A stretch of DNA of 63,252 nucleotides, filler included, from Circinaria calcarea (GCA_051942165.1; 21 parts of 21 records of this genome joined end to end with filler, not necessarily neighbours in it), one strand, 5' to 3'. Shown: positions 33,856 through 46,904, counted from the first letter of the whole stretch. The notes: a model not told the origin generated them from the sequence alone. Made by a program: numbers and translations.

Positions 33856-36156
33856 ATGTCGGATCAAATGGCGTTCGCTGTCCAATGGTCTCTAAACGAG
33901 ACATCAGCTACTACTCTTACAGTAGCTAGAGGTCTAGTCAAAGCTGCCACAAGCGATGACGTCCAGCCTCTCGCCTTGAGGGCTTGCGAGCAATTTGGAA
34001 CAACCCTTCCAATGACTGCGGAAATCCGACTGAAAATGGAAACGATTGCTAGAAAGAGGCATTCCACGATGCTTGACTTCATCAAGTGCCAGGTCGGTTA
34101 CTCGGAGGGCGATTCAGCAGATTATCTCTCTCGGACGGATGGAGGTGTGCGATTTCTGGGCTTTGCAGCAACACTCTATTCCATTAAGTCTTCCATTTCG
34201 GCAGCTCAAATCTTGGAGGAAATGGTTAGAGAGACAGCAAAGGACAAACAACTCTTGCCGACCATACTACAATACAAGAACTTAATCGATGCGCTAGAGT
34301 CTAAACTTGCCCTGTCGGGTTTTGCCAACAGCGTGCAAGGCTGGGCCACAGTCTGCTCTTCAATTGGTGCTGGCTTAAAGCCAAGACTCCCGTCGTATGC
34401 TGCACCTGATCGTACTAAGATCAAGGATCTAGTGCAGGCATTGAATCAGTGCTTCCGTGTGGGAGAAGAATGTACTATACTCATTGAATCAGCGTTTATA
34501 TACTTTCCGTGGACAATAGCCTTCGTCAAGTGGTTTTCCGGTACCCCTCCTATGGTTTGGACAACCGAAAAGATCTTACTCGATATCCCGGAGTCTTCTG
34601 TCAACATCCGCGAGACTCATAAAGAGGGCCAGGTATCTGCCGTTCATTTTGATATATCTCTTACCCGAAAACTTGACAGCCTAAAGACTTTGATAAATCA
34701 CGAGGCCAATGCCGGCTACCTCAACCTCGGTGGTCTGGTTGACGTTGATGTCTGGCTAAGGAATCGTATCGCTAGCTATCAACGAAGGATCACCGCAGGC
34801 CTGCCATTGATTGCCTTACTACAACAAACCCTCTGGGTTATTATTTCAACCTTCCCAGACAAGCTTTTACTTACAACAGATTTGAGGATCGTGGACAAAT
34901 TATCCAAGAGTGATTTGCCTGAACCAAACTCATATCGAGCCTATCCGTTCCCAGTTTCTGCAATACGATTACAGATAGCTCAGTACCTGCTTCATGACTC
35001 ACTCATCCTTCAACAGGATAATTTCAACTATGCGCATTGGATGGATGAGATACAAAGCACCTGTAGCAACTGCTACCGCTGTAATCCTCATGTCAAGTCC
35101 AAACAAGGTAACCAAGCTCCTTGCTTCAAAGATTTCGCGGCCGATATAGCGGCAGACCTGCTTGTTCTTTCCCTTGTTATGAGTGATGGACATTCGTCAC
35201 ATCGACCCAGAGTTCAATTGAAAGGGACTGATCTTCAGGTCGAAGCATACCATCGTCTCAGGTACGGTACGGACCGGCTAAGTAGTATGAAGGAGACCTT
35301 CAGCTCCACATATACGGTGCAGTCCGAAGACGCATGCTGTACCGATCATTTGGACTGGACGGGGGTTGTACAGCGTGGATGGTGGAGCTTAGCCACAGGC
35401 GTTGGCGAGAATGCTCCTATATTATATAAAGCTGAGGGGCTGTTCCATCACTTGTTACATCTTCTAGGTCATCAGACAACGACACATGACGATAACATAT
35501 ACAGCATTATTGTTTCCCAAGGTTACGGACAGGTTGTGTTTCCGGCAATCGTTGAGACCCATGTCCCTGTACGGGTGGGGTATGCGTCTTACCGACTTCT
35601 TCAAGGGACTCTCCGCCGCTCTGGCGCGAATATATCGCAGATATTTACTCAGAAGGAACCCTGGTCACAGTACGATTACCGCGCTTCGTCTGCACCTCTG
35701 GGGGTCTCTTACGTACCAGAAAGAGTATTCTACAGTAAACCTACCTACGAAATTTGGGAGACTACCGATCAAAGGATGGATACTCTCCGAATGTCCACCT
35801 CCATAAGACAAGATATTGCCCTTTGGAGTCTCATCGACGGTCTTGCAACTACGATTTTTTCTCCCGAATGTGGTCACAGTCCTGCAGCTCAAGCAGGGAA
35901 ACTTGGAAGGTTATATCATCTCGCCAGTATCAAAGAGGAAACGGGCCTACCTCCGCTCTGTAATTTGCCACCCAACAATAATACCAGCAAGTGCCTTGTA
36001 CCTCTTCATGGTTGTGGCACAGCGCAACTATGGCAAATCGCTATGGTTAAACAGAGTGAGGATACAGCAGGCTCTGCAGTGCTTCATTGGAAGGGATGTA
36101 TTGCTTGTGCACTAAAATTGTGTGAAGATATCGGATGGAACATGGTGATATGTTGA
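33856..36156 (+). CDS. Uncharacterised 766-aa intronless protein
   Basis: Single uninterrupted 2.3-kb ORF; N-terminal VQWSLNETS...AATSDDVQPLALRACEQFG block; CSNCYRC in the middle; C-terminal HWKGCIACALKLC. Confidence 0.85.
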   Translation: MSDQMAFAVQWSLNETSATTLTVARGLVKAATSDDVQPLALRACEQFGTTLPMTAEIRLKMETIARKRHSTMLDFIKCQVGYSEGDSADYLSRTDGGVRFLGFAATLYSIKSSISAAQILEEMVRETAKDKQLLPTILQYKNLIDALESKLALSGFANSVQGWATVCSSIGAGLKPRLPSYAAPDRTKIKDLVQALNQCFRVGEECTILIESAFIYFPWTIAFVKWFSGTPPMVWTTEKILLDIPESSVNIRETHKEGQVSAVHFDISLTRKLDSLKTLINHEANAGYLNLGGLVDVDVWLRNRIASYQRRITAGLPLIALLQQTLWVIISTFPDKLLLTTDLRIVDKLSKSDLPEPNSYRAYPFPVSAIRLQIAQYLLHDSLILQQDNFNYAHWMDEIQSTCSNCYRCNPHVKSKQGNQAPCFKDFAADIAADLLVLSLVMSDGHSSHRPRVQLKGTDLQVEAYHRLRYGTDRLSSMKETFSSTYTVQSEDACCTDHLDWTGVVQRGWWSLATGVGENAPILYKAEGLFHHLLHLLGHQTTTHDDNIYSIIVSQGYGQVVFPAIVETHVPVRVGYASYRLLQGTLRRSGANISQIFTQKEPWSQYDYRASSAPLGVSYVPERVFYSKPTYEIWETTDQRMDTLRMSTSIRQDIALWSLIDGLATTIFSPECGHSPAAQAGKLGRLYHLASIKEETGLPPLCNLPPNNNTSKCLVPLHGCGTAQLWQIAMVKQSEDTAGSAVLHWKGCIACALKLCEDIGWNMVIC

Positions 36157-36425
36157 GACGAGGGTCCCAGTCAACCTAGATTACTTCAGCGGCATCCTCA
36201 TCAAGGTANNNNNNNNNNNNNNNNNNNNNNNNNNNNNNNNNNNNNNNNNNNNTTAATTAATTAANNNNNNNNNNNNNNNNNNNNNNNNNNNNNNNNNNNN
36301 NNNNNNNNCTATTCTGGGAAGAGGCAGATGGTCTTGTCCACATTCGAAAATTGGAAGAAAAGAACAGCCAGTCATTCTCTGAAGGCTTTCTCAACCGAAG
36401 CTAGATCCCCGTAGCATCCTTTCTC

Positions 36426-38573
36426 ATGGTTCTCCCGAACATCTTCAAAGCCTCAGCGAAGAAGAAGGATCCCGAAACCACCGTTCAACACAATATCCGA
36501 CCAAGCGCCTCACCCCCACGCTCGCCGTCCAGGAGCCCCAAGAAGTCCTCCACGCAGTCTATCGCCGACCGGAATTTACGCCCTTCCTCCCCACGTCACC
36601 AGAAAGGCTCCACTAGATCAAGTCGGTCCCCTCGCAAACTTACTTCCGATTACCCTCGTGATACCCACCCACTCAATCTTCCTCCAGAAGAGCGGGAGCG
36701 ACGCCGCTCCGCCTTCTCAGCTCCGAACGACTCCTACGATCCCATGGATTTGGATCAAGAAGCGCCCGCGGTAGTCTCGCCTGCGAGTCCTCCGCCAACA
36801 CCCGGTGGTTTCTCAAACTCCAATGATGCCGAGCCCTTGGATGGGTTGAACGGCAACGGAAGCCCAATTCCACCCCCACACAGAATTCCTCCAGAGGCAC
36901 CGCCGCCGTCCAAGCCTACGGTAGACGCTGAAGCGTGTAAAGCAGCCGGGAACAAATTCTTCAAAATGAAGGACTACGATAAAGCAATTAGAGAATACAG
37001 CAAAGGTACCTTGGAATATTCCGGGGGGGCTGAGAGGGTTGTAGTCACGTACTGACGGTCGATTACAGCAATCGAAGCAGACCCTGGATCTCCCACTTAC
37101 CTCTCTAACCGATCTGCGGCTTTGATATCGGCCAATCGACACGAAGAAGCGCTCGAAGATGCCAAAAAGGCTGATGAACTCGAGCCTGGTAATGCAAAGG
37201 TGCTCCATCGAATAGCACGTATATACAACATGCTTGGACGCCCGTCAGAGGCTTTGGATGTGTATGCACAGATACAGCCACCAGCAACAGCCAAGGACAA
37301 AGCGGCGGCGGTTGCAATGAAGTCACATATCAAGCAGGCTGAAGATGCGTTACGCGAGGGAACTACCGGCTCTATGGCGATACATGCATTAGATCTGGCT
37401 GAGCGGGGACTGGGCGCTGGTGTTGAAAGACCAAGGAAATGGACACTCATGCGTGGTGAGGCGTATTTGAAGATGGGCAATGTCAATTCTCTAGGTGATG
37501 CACAGAGCATGGCCATGTCTATTCTTCGAAATAATAACCAAGACCCTGAAGCTTTGGTACTAAGAGGCCGAGCCTTGTATGCTCAAGGGGACAATGACAA
37601 GGCATTACAGCATTTTCGGAAAGCTCTAAGTTGCGACCCTGACTTCAAAGACGCTGTAAAGTATTTAAGGATGGTGCAAAAGCTGGACAGAATGAAGGAG
37701 GAGGGTAATGCAGCATTTAAAGCAGGGAGGTACAAGGACGCAGTGGATCTTTACGGACAAGCGCTTGAGATTGATCCCCTGAACAAGGGTACCAACTCGA
37801 AAATATTACAGAACAGAGCAATGGCCCTGATAAAGGTACCACTCTCACTCCGCCCAAGATCTTACAATAGAATCCGCTAATAATGTTGCTCTCCTAACCA
37901 GCTTAAAGACTACAAGTCCGCCATCGCAGATTGTGCCAAGGCCATAACCCTCGACCCTACCTACCTCAAAGCCCGTAAAACAAAAGCCCGCGCCCTGGGG
38001 GAATCTGGCAACTGGGACGAAGCCGTGCGTGAATACAAGTCCATCGCTGAGTCGAACCCCGGCGAACCTGGTATAGCGAAAGAGGTCCGTAACGCCGAAC
38101 TTGAACTCAAGAAGTCAAAACGGAAGGATTACTACAAGATCCTGGGTGTGGAAAAAGACGCGGGAGAAAATGAAATCAGAAAGGCATATAGAAAATTGGC
38201 AATCGTACATCATCCGGACAAAAATCCTGACGACGACGAGGCGGCGGATCGGTTCAAGGATATCGGTGAAGCGTACGAAACTTTGAACGATAGTCAGAAG
38301 CGAGCTCGATACGATAGCGGTGAGGATCTGATTGATCCTAGTGAGATGTTCGGTGGCGGAGGCGGAGGAGGGATGGGAGGATTTAATATGGGAGGCGGGG
38401 GGATCGATCCCGAGATGCTTTTCAACATGATGGGGTCAGGAGGTGGAATGGGCGGCGGTAGAGGGGGACCGACCTTTACGTTTTCAACCGGAGGTGGCAG
38501 TCCGTTTGGAGGAATGGGCGGTGGGGGGAGGCAGAGAGGTGGAAGTGGCTTCCCGCCTGGATTTAGTTTTTGA
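36426..38573 (+). CDS. TPR + J-domain co-chaperone (DNAJC7/Tpr2 type), 3 exons
   Basis: TPR motifs ([34 protein letters not shown]), J domain KDYYKILGV...HHPDKN...[13 protein letters not shown]-rich tail; introns near 37006-37068 and 37836-37901. Confidence 0.94.
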
Positions 38574-41500
38574 GTCTTCCTTCCGAGGTGAAGACTGCGT
38601 GATGGACTTTGGCAGTGTAACTGTTGCATCCAGCTTGGTGTTTCCGCATCCCGGCATGCCATGGAGGTTTTTGAATAGGGAGTTAATCAGGGGGAAAAAA
38701 TGTCATGTGTTTACTTGACAGAAAGTATCTTTGCCTAACTTTTATTATTCCATAACGCAGGTTAAAAGAGGAAAAAACTGATTCAGTGAAAAAAAAAAAA
38801 AATTCCTAAATTCATGAGGCATGGGAGATGGGAGATGGGAGTTTGGGGATTTCCCCGTCTTTTTCTATCTCCTAACCCAGCTTTCGTTTGAAGAGAAAAC
38901 TTTTTACAACGGTTTCCGGGGGGGAAAAAACCCATGGACGCCCTTTTTTTATTTTATTATTATCATCATCATCCTTTCATCCCCTTTCCTTTCCTATCCT
39001 ATCCTTTCCTTAACCAGCGTACGGAGTAACCCCCCATTTCCTCCTTACCCGTCCTCCTTACCTTCCTCTAAACGAACCAAACCGGCCGCTCTTTCGAATC
39101 TAAATCCCTTTAGATTTTCTGATTTCTCATGGGATGGACGATATGTTCGAACATGTAGTCAGTTCTGAATGGAAAAGGGAAAGGGGAAAGGGGGAAAGAG
39201 GGGGTGAATGTGGAGGTGGAGGTNNNNNNNNNNNNNNNNNNNNNNNNNNNNNNNNNNNNNNNNNNNNTTAATTAATTAANNNNNNNNNNNNNNNNNNNNN
39301 NNNNNNNNNNNNNNNNNNNNNNNATGACCACTGTCTTGTGCGCAAGAGTGGCCGAAATGGCGAATCCACTAATATCACCGCGCGCTTTCACTACTCCTTA
39401 TTAAGGGGGCGCCTGCAGAATTGGATGAGTATAGCATGCAGTTGAATCATGGAAAGAACTGCTCTAAGTTCAGCATCTACCAGTATATGGATATATAGTT
39501 GTGTAATAAGCCTCAGAATCATGTTGGTACGATGGGGTAATCATACCATTCGAGACTACCGGGGGAAATACGATATAACATGTCTCCGGTCCGCTCGAAT
39601 ACGGGGGCGCTGGCGAACTATGAGCTTTACTTCCAACCTCTACGAGATTAACTGGCAGAATTTTAGACCTAGCACCTGGAAGTGTGTCCAAAAATGCAAA
39701 GTCAGTAACGACCACAGCTGACAACACGGCATACCTCATCATCGAAAGTAGGCAGTGGACCATAGAAAGTACGGTGGAACCACCGGAAAAGCCACAATAC
39801 CACCTCCCCTAACACTACTAACGACGAGCCAGGCAAGGAAGTATCACGCGTGTCGGGCGGACGGCTAGTTCGCTGCGCTGGGAAATGAAGAAGGTGCAGC
39901 TTAAGCGTCTTGGGGACCTATATACTTGGGCGCCAGAAGAAATCATATGCGTTCAACGACTTGGTATGGAAGCCGTAATGAAGCTAAGAAGCAACCACCG
40001 ATTTATTCAACGGGTGGCTATTTCTAAAGAACGTGGAACTGGACTTCTTGATGGAGACATACCTTCAGGCTGTACTCTTATCAGTGCAGCTTATCCTCGG
40101 GCAAACTACGGTTGAGCTAGGTGACTTGCTACGACTGCCAGGTAATTGGAAAATCAATTCGTGGGGGGAATACGTCGACGTATTGAGTAAGCTTTCCGAC
40201 AAGATTTTATATAGGCGTTGCGTTAACAGTGCCGTGAACGTAAAAGTCGACAGGCTTTCGCAATGGGGCTTGTGGACACGCATAACGGTATATTTTCGAT
40301 GGCTTCGCTGCAAGGGGTCTCGGAGGGCATTGCATATTACCAGAAAAGAGGCGGCGCTCACGCTGAAATTGTGACTCAGCCTGGAGTGAGTATACGTCTT
40401 GCTGTGATAGCTAAACTCAGGGCAGATATCGGGAAAGCCTATGTGCATCTATTCGAAGCAGTCATGATGTTGTTTTTACAAACATATCAGTACCAAGGAT
40501 ATCTATTCAATGATACGGTGGCTTTGTCCTATGAATGGGCCGAATAGGCATATCCCCTTAACTTGGATCGGATGGACAAGAAGATAAGATTAAATAGAGG
40601 CCAGCTTTACCAGTGATGGCACAGCGGATTGAGGCCCTCCCGCAGAAGCACAAAGACAGAGTCATGCAACAGCCCATTCCCACATAATAAAGGAGGAACT
40701 AAATAGCCAGCCAAAACCCAACCCCCCGTCCCATCGGACGTATGCCAGGAGTCTACAGATACTTTGGGGATTTTGCAGGTTTACCAGGGGGGCAATTGAC
40801 AAGGCTATTAGAAAAAGAATTAACCCAAAGGAGTTATTTAATATTGTTTCGAGCAAGTGATCTAGCAAAAGCTACCTTAGGCAAATCGCGAGGATTGATC
40901 CTTAGGAGGCATTCAGAAACACCTTTTCTGAGACGTTTGAAACGATCTATCGGATATACCAAATTATTCGGTCAGCAAGTTACGACGGGCAAGACCTCCA
41001 CGAAACCAGAAAAATAGGTTGAATATGGTAGCCCCATGTTACCATGTAACTCTGCACAACCAACTGTTGCCCCCATTATATAGATTCTCAGATACCCGTC
41101 TTCGAGGCTGCTATAAGGTCCCCGCCGCCCATCCTCCGCCCTCCAAGGCTTTCCTTCCGGGTCGAAACTTGCTATGGCATGTTACTGAACAAGTACACCT
41201 GGGTCAGCGTATGACCTGTGGCGAGTCGGGTGATGTAAAATAATTATTCCCAACGATTGGAGGGTATACTTAACGCAGGTCATTGCAAAAAGAGAATCAG
41301 GCCCTATCCGGGTAATAATACTATTAATGCGAAATTATGTCTTGGGGTACGGAAAAGTTATAACTCTAGCTTGGTACTATTTAATTTTAAATCTTTTAAC
41401 TTCTTTTTTCCCCCTCCAATATCAATTCATTCCCTTTTATTGTAGAGCACGCTATATTAATTATAAAAAGTTCGGAGAGGCGAATATTCAAATTACGAGA

Positions 41501-42332
41501 TTACTGTCACGGTACTTGCGAGTCGGCAGGCCACGCCTGCCGTGCGACCTAGCTAGCCTAGTCGTATTAAATAGCAAGTAAATACCATGAAGGAAGAACA
41601 ACTCTTTGAACACCAAATACTCTCAAGGGCCTGTAGCCTGACAATTACTCACGGGAGAATTCTTATATAAAGAATAGTAAAAAACTTGCGGAAACTTGCC
41701 GGAAATAATCGGAAAGTTAATAAATGATTAATGGGATTGGACGTGTAACGGCGAGATGCAATTTGCATATGCAGACGATATCACTGAAGAGGGTAAGTTT
41801 TTCTCTCGTAAGAAACCCAAATCAATATTACTAATCTACAGACCTGATACTCATGATGAACGCTTTAAAAATCAGAAATGTCCTTATTTCGAGCGACATC
41901 TCAGGGGAAATTTCTAACCTGCTTAGCCTGCCGATACGTTTGGGCTTTGTGGATTGAAGGCATCTGCATGGCGCAAGGGAGTAATATATAGTATAGGGAC
42001 GATAATAGCTGAAGGGGGTGAAGGTATTCCACTTTGCACATGATAGGATCCGGCTGGCTGGATACTATCGCGAGTGACGGTCTTTCTTGTTCGGAACGAG
42101 ATTATAATCCCTGACTCGTTTCAGCCCGTCACCAGCCCCTTGAGGAAGTCGGATGCCACTTGGACCAGAGTGTGGAGGCCAAAGATACCCGGATCGACTG
42201 CGAGGGGGGGGGGGGGACACATGGAGGAAAAGNNNNNNNNNNNNNNNNNNNNNNNNNNNNNNNNNNNNNNNNNNNNTTAATTAATTAANNNNNNNNNNNN
42301 NNNNNNNNNNNNNNNNNNNNNNNNNNNNNNNN

Positions 42333-42924
42333 CGCCAATCGCAAAGACCACGCCAAATCCTTTATCAAAATCAGCCGCCAAGTCCTCCAGGACGCCGACC
42401 GCCTCCTCGAAATCTATAATATTCGTGAAGACAACAGCGACAGCGACGCCCTCCTCAAGATTTGCCAGTTCGAGTCCGACATCGGGTTCTTTGCCGCCTC
42501 ATGGAGCCAAGCCATTGGCTCCGCCCCACGACAAAGAACCTACCTACAGCTTTTCGACCTCGGGAATCCGTTCGAGGGGCCATTGCCCAGTGAGAAATTC
42601 GCAACCCATACGTGGGATATTGTATCTCTCCTAGGCGCTTACGAGGATCGCTTATCCGTAGATTACAGAGCCGTTATTCAGCAATGGAGGGATAGAGTCA
42701 TCGACTACATCGTTAGCGGCAAAGGACCCTGGGTCCAATGGACAGCCGACAATAGGGCAGCACTTGTTGTGAGTAATGGAGGGGTATCTGAGCGAGAAGA
42801 GAACGACTATATGGGGAACCGAAGACAGAAAGTCTTGGCGTTTGCGAAAGACGAAGGTGGGGAAAGGGGTTGCGATTTACTCTGGGAAGGCGTCTGTCGG
42901 CGGTTCTTGATGAAAGGTGAATGA
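42333..42924 (+). CDS. Type-B carboxylesterase-like alpha/beta hydrolase, 3' part
   Basis: Frame open from the contig start: ICQFESDIGFF...YLQLFDLGNPFEGPLP...ATHTWDIVSLLGAY...WRDRVIDYIVSGKGPW, resembling the catalytic-His region and C-terminus of fungal carboxylesterases. Confidence 0.65.
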
Positions 42925-44183
42925 GTGCTCCGTAGTTATCTAGTTATGAAGGACATTGCGATATTCATGCGGCCATCAAACTGTTACGCTATTCCCCAGG
43001 GAAGCGCACTCCCCACCCTTTATGACGGATCGATCCTATATCTAAGGATAAGGACACCATCTTGTATTAACACCCCCAAATCCGTTTAGCCCCATCGATC
43101 CGCACCCCAGTTCCTACTCTCAACCTACCCCGACCAAGCCGTAAGTTCCTAAACCACCAAATCCACCATCCACGACCTACAAAGTCTACGAGATTGAATA
43201 ACGGAATGGAATGGCTGAATGGTAGGCTAATGAAACGCAAGTTGGAGCGAGCGAAGAACGTGAGGTATGGCTGTGCGGTGAGGTAGGAAGGAGAAAGGAA
43301 AGGGGGAAAAGGGTGAGCATCCGTAAGTAGTGAGCCGCGCCGACTGGACTACACCGGTATGCAGTCTGAACTGGCGGCGCGTTCCTGTTGTATATGACAT
43401 CTGTCAGAGCTTTGAAGCAGTATTGTAAATACCAATCCCTTTACCCACTGGAGAATCAAAGACTTGCACAAATTAAGATATGTACGTTCCTGGAGCGTTG
43501 GGAAGGAAGGAGTGTGTGCGGCTTTTGGCTACATCGGTCTTGTCATGCCATATCTGAGGTAGCGAGAATTCACTTGGAGGTTCAGTTCAAGATTGAGGTT
43601 GAGAATTCTCTGATGTTAGTCCTGTTGTTGGTCTCAAGTATATTCAATGAAACGCGTTTTCGAAGTCTGAGTTTTACTGCGATGACGGTAGTATAGTATT
43701 GTGCTAGTACACACTAATAGCTTTTATCTGTAAAATACTCCGGATAAGGCCAATCGGATCTATCCGAAAGCTAAAATACGAATGTTTGGGATATTGCTTA
43801 CTAGTATATTACTGTGATACCGGTCTGATGGTTGACGCCTTGGCAAGAATGCCGTGAAGATATAAGAAACAAAACTTGAGCGTCGGCTTTTAAGAGTAAC
43901 GATAATCTTCTTAGTTTGCATCTATGAATAAAGAGCGGAACATAGAAGAATGCTACGTTCTCGGGAATTCAACACGTCTAAAGCTGAGGGCCAACTGTTC
44001 ATTGCGATTTGAGACGTCGAGCAGGGATTGCTTGAGGTAACACAAAGATGTGAAAGTGCAAACGGCATGCCGTTGAGCTTCTGTTCTCCTCATCAAAGCT
44101 TTCCCTTGGGAACTTCGAGGCAAACTCGTAATAGATAACTGGCTCCAAGCTCTACTAGCTCTTTATATCATCTTTGCTGCATC

Positions 44184-45239
44184 ATGGCATCTGTGGTCAA
44201 CCTCGAAAGCTGGATACGGCAACAATACTACATAATAGGCCTCAAGAAGGGGGAATTTATCGGCAAGAAAGCATTCAAGGAGAAGTTATTCGCTCAACGC
44301 CCTAAAGAAAGCAAAGTCGAAATACGACAGCTTGTCAACAAGTGAGCATCCAATCCTCAATTTATGATATAGGACGCTGTACTCATTCTACTATCTTCGT
44401 AGAATGATACGCGACGGCGGTCTAGAGCCCGAGGTGCATACGGTACCAGAAGAGAACGGGGTACCGATTATACCCTCCTCTTCTCCAACCAAGGCGAATA
44501 TTGCTGCAGTCAACACACCAACTCCAGTGAAGCCCAAAAAGCCCAAAAAGCCCAAAACGCCAAAAGAGCCAAAAAAGGCAAAAAAGCAGACTCCTAAGGT
44601 ATAGGGACAATCTTTTGGGTGGGAAAGTAGCAAAGCAATCATGATGACATATATACTTGGGCTGTTCGAGATGTGAGATGTTCTGACACCGCTGTATAGG
44701 AGCAAAAGGCGGGTAACGCTACATCGAGCATCCAAAGTAAGACACCCGCTGAGAAGCCCAAGGGCGGCAACATCCCTTCAAACACTACAAATGAGCAGGC
44801 CACTCAGGTGCCCAACGGCGGCAGCGTTGCTTCAAGCATTCCGAAGAAGCAGTCCGCCCAACAGCTCAAAGGCAGCGACGCTGCTTCAGATACTCCGAAA
44901 ATACAGTCTACTCAAGAGCGGCAGAGTGGTAATACTGCTTCAAGTATTCAGGCTACGCACTCTACGCAGGAACAAACCGCTTTTAATCCCAAAATACGAG
45001 GTGCGTTTTCTAATTTCGAGGTTAGGTCGTGCTTGCTGATACAGTCCAGAACTACAAGCGTTTCTTGAAGCATCTAAATTTCATGGCCGTAGCTTATCCA
45101 GCAAGAGCACAAGTACTTCCGATTTCCAGGACTCCATACGAATCGATCAGCTTATGCTCCTGGATGATGGTGACATAAACACTTCTGGACAAGGGAAACT
45201 TGCAGTTAATAACGCTCAAAGTGCTGTTCTTTTCTCTGC
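44184..45239 (+). CDS. Hypothetical multi-exon protein with a Lys/Pro-rich segment, 3' truncated
   Basis: ATG at 44184 (MASVVNLESWIRQQYY), GT..AG introns near 44342-44402, 44599-44699 and 45025-45042(approx.), PKKPKKPKTPKEPKK repeat. Confidence 0.6.
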
Positions 45240-45679
45240 NNNNNNNNNNNNNNNNNNNNNNNNNNNNNNNNNNNNNNNNNNNNTTAATTAATTAANNNNN
45301 NNNNNNNNNNNNNNNNNNNNNNNNNNNNNNNNNNNNNNNCACACTTTCCCCCCTCCCTTCCTCCCCCAGGAGCAGTTCTTTCCCGCAGAGAGGATCCAGC
45401 CAAGTAAGTTATTATAAAAGGGGGGGGGGTTCAAGAAAAAAGCTGGGTGAATCGAATTCCCCTTCCTTCTCCCGACCGCCGCGGCCCTCTTCCGATAAAT
45501 AAGGTCATTCGGATCCCCGTCGGTATCATACCATACCATACCATCTGCCCCTTAAAATCCCATCTACTCACTCTCCTCCCCCGCCTCGTCCCCGCCGGCC
45601 AGACGGTCACCAAATACTGAGCACCGAACAGCGAACACGGAACACCGAACACGGAAGTTGTAGAAAGCTTGTGAATGTC

Positions 45680-45783
45680 AATCTGTGAATCTGTGAATCT
45701 GTGAATCTGTGAATCTGTGAATCTGTGAATCTGTGAATCTGTGAATCTGTGAATCTATGATCTTGGGATCTTGGGATCTTGGG
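45680..45783 (+). repeat. Octamer microsatellite (AATCTGTG)9 followed by (GATCTTGG)3
   Basis: Nine perfect AATCTGTG units at 45680-45751, then three GATCTTGG units. Confidence 0.95.
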
Positions 45784-46000
45784 AGAAGAGAAAAGAAGAA
45801 AAGAAAAGAAAAGAAGAAAAGATTGGGATAAAAGAATATATCCAAAAACGCACCGCACCGCAACCGCAACCGGGACGGGGATCCGGGGTGTGGAACTATC
45901 TATCCATATTATTTCCAGTTCTTATCTTGTTTTATCTTATCTTCTCACATCAATGGGAGCCTTTCCTTTCCTTTTCTCTTTGGAAAAATCACAATCCATG

Positions 46001-46151
46001 TGTTGGAAGTCATAGGGCTTACCGAGCATGTGTTGCTTAGGAGGTCCATGCTTAACACTTCCACACACCATAAAAGCACTTCTCGTAGCATAGATAGTTA
46101 CTTAGTTACATACTCAGGTAGTAATGCCACCATACATTCTACTGCCCAACA
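46001..46151 (+). mobile_element. Solo LTR, copy 1 (151 bp, copia-like termini)
   Basis: TGTTGG...CCAACA termini; 5-bp TSD CCATG at 45996-46000 and 46152-46156; homologous to 46735-46904 and 49465-49636. Confidence 0.88.
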
Positions 46152-46734
46152 CCATGATACCATACAGGGGGGAGCCAGCCACTACTCAGTACCATATGGT
46201 AGCCCTGGACCAACCAACTATGGTAAAAGAAAAACAGAACAGAACAACACAGAACAGTTCCAGGATCTCTACCATGCACATTTGTATTTATTCCCAACTT
46301 ACATTAATAACTCAAATAGATAGGTAGGTAGGTTGAATAAATAAATAAATAAAAAGATTTCCTGCGTTTGCATGTAGCTGAAATTGGCCCATGTTCAAAA
46401 CGCCCTCACCCCACCTGCCTGCAAATTTTCTACACATGTTTTGGGGACTGGGGAAGATGTGTCAAGCTACTGAGTCACTATGGCATTGATAAAGGAGCGA
46501 GAGAATAACTGCTGCGTGTGTAACGTAGCAGAAGAATCTATCTATGTGTGGGCACGGGCGGAATAACGTCCGCCCGAGGATCTAACCGCAAAGGTTTGAC
46601 AAGATGTGACTGTCAGTTCGCAGTCCGGCACGACTGGCGGCCCTGACTCTGGAAGCTAAGTGATTTGCCGACATCCCGCTTCCTCCTTGGTGGAATTCCC
46701 TTGTTGCAAAAGGGGGGATATCGGTATACAAGAC

Positions 46735-46904
46735 TGTTGGAAGTCATAGGGCTTACCGAGTCATGTGTTTGCTTTGGTTAAGACACGGTCCATGCTCAAC
46801 ACTCTCTACCCACTCCATAAAAGCACTTTTTCGTAGCATGGGTAGTTACAAAGTTACATATACACAGATAGCATAAATGCCACCATACATGTTGCTGCCC
46901 AACA
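46735..46904 (+). mobile_element. Solo LTR, copy 2 (170 bp)
   Basis: TGTTGGAAGTCATAGGGCTTACCGAG...CCAACA; 5-bp TSD AAGAC at 46730-46734 and 46905-46909. Confidence 0.88.

Noticed and set aside
33856..36156. Identification of the 766-aa ORF as a Spok-type meiotic driver or an NLR
   Set aside because: No N-terminal coiled-coil repeat, kinase-like C-terminus, P-loop or repeat domain is visible; similar size alone is not evidence.
45607..45869. ORFs with (HRFTDSQI)n repeats
   Set aside because: Translation of the AATCTGTG microsatellite; also not CRISPR-like because there are no spacers.
46001..46904. Two LTR copies 583 bp apart read as a single TRIM element
   Set aside because: Each copy has its own matching 5-bp TSD (CCATG; AAGAC), the outer flanks do not match each other, and the copies are quite diverged, so they are independent insertions.
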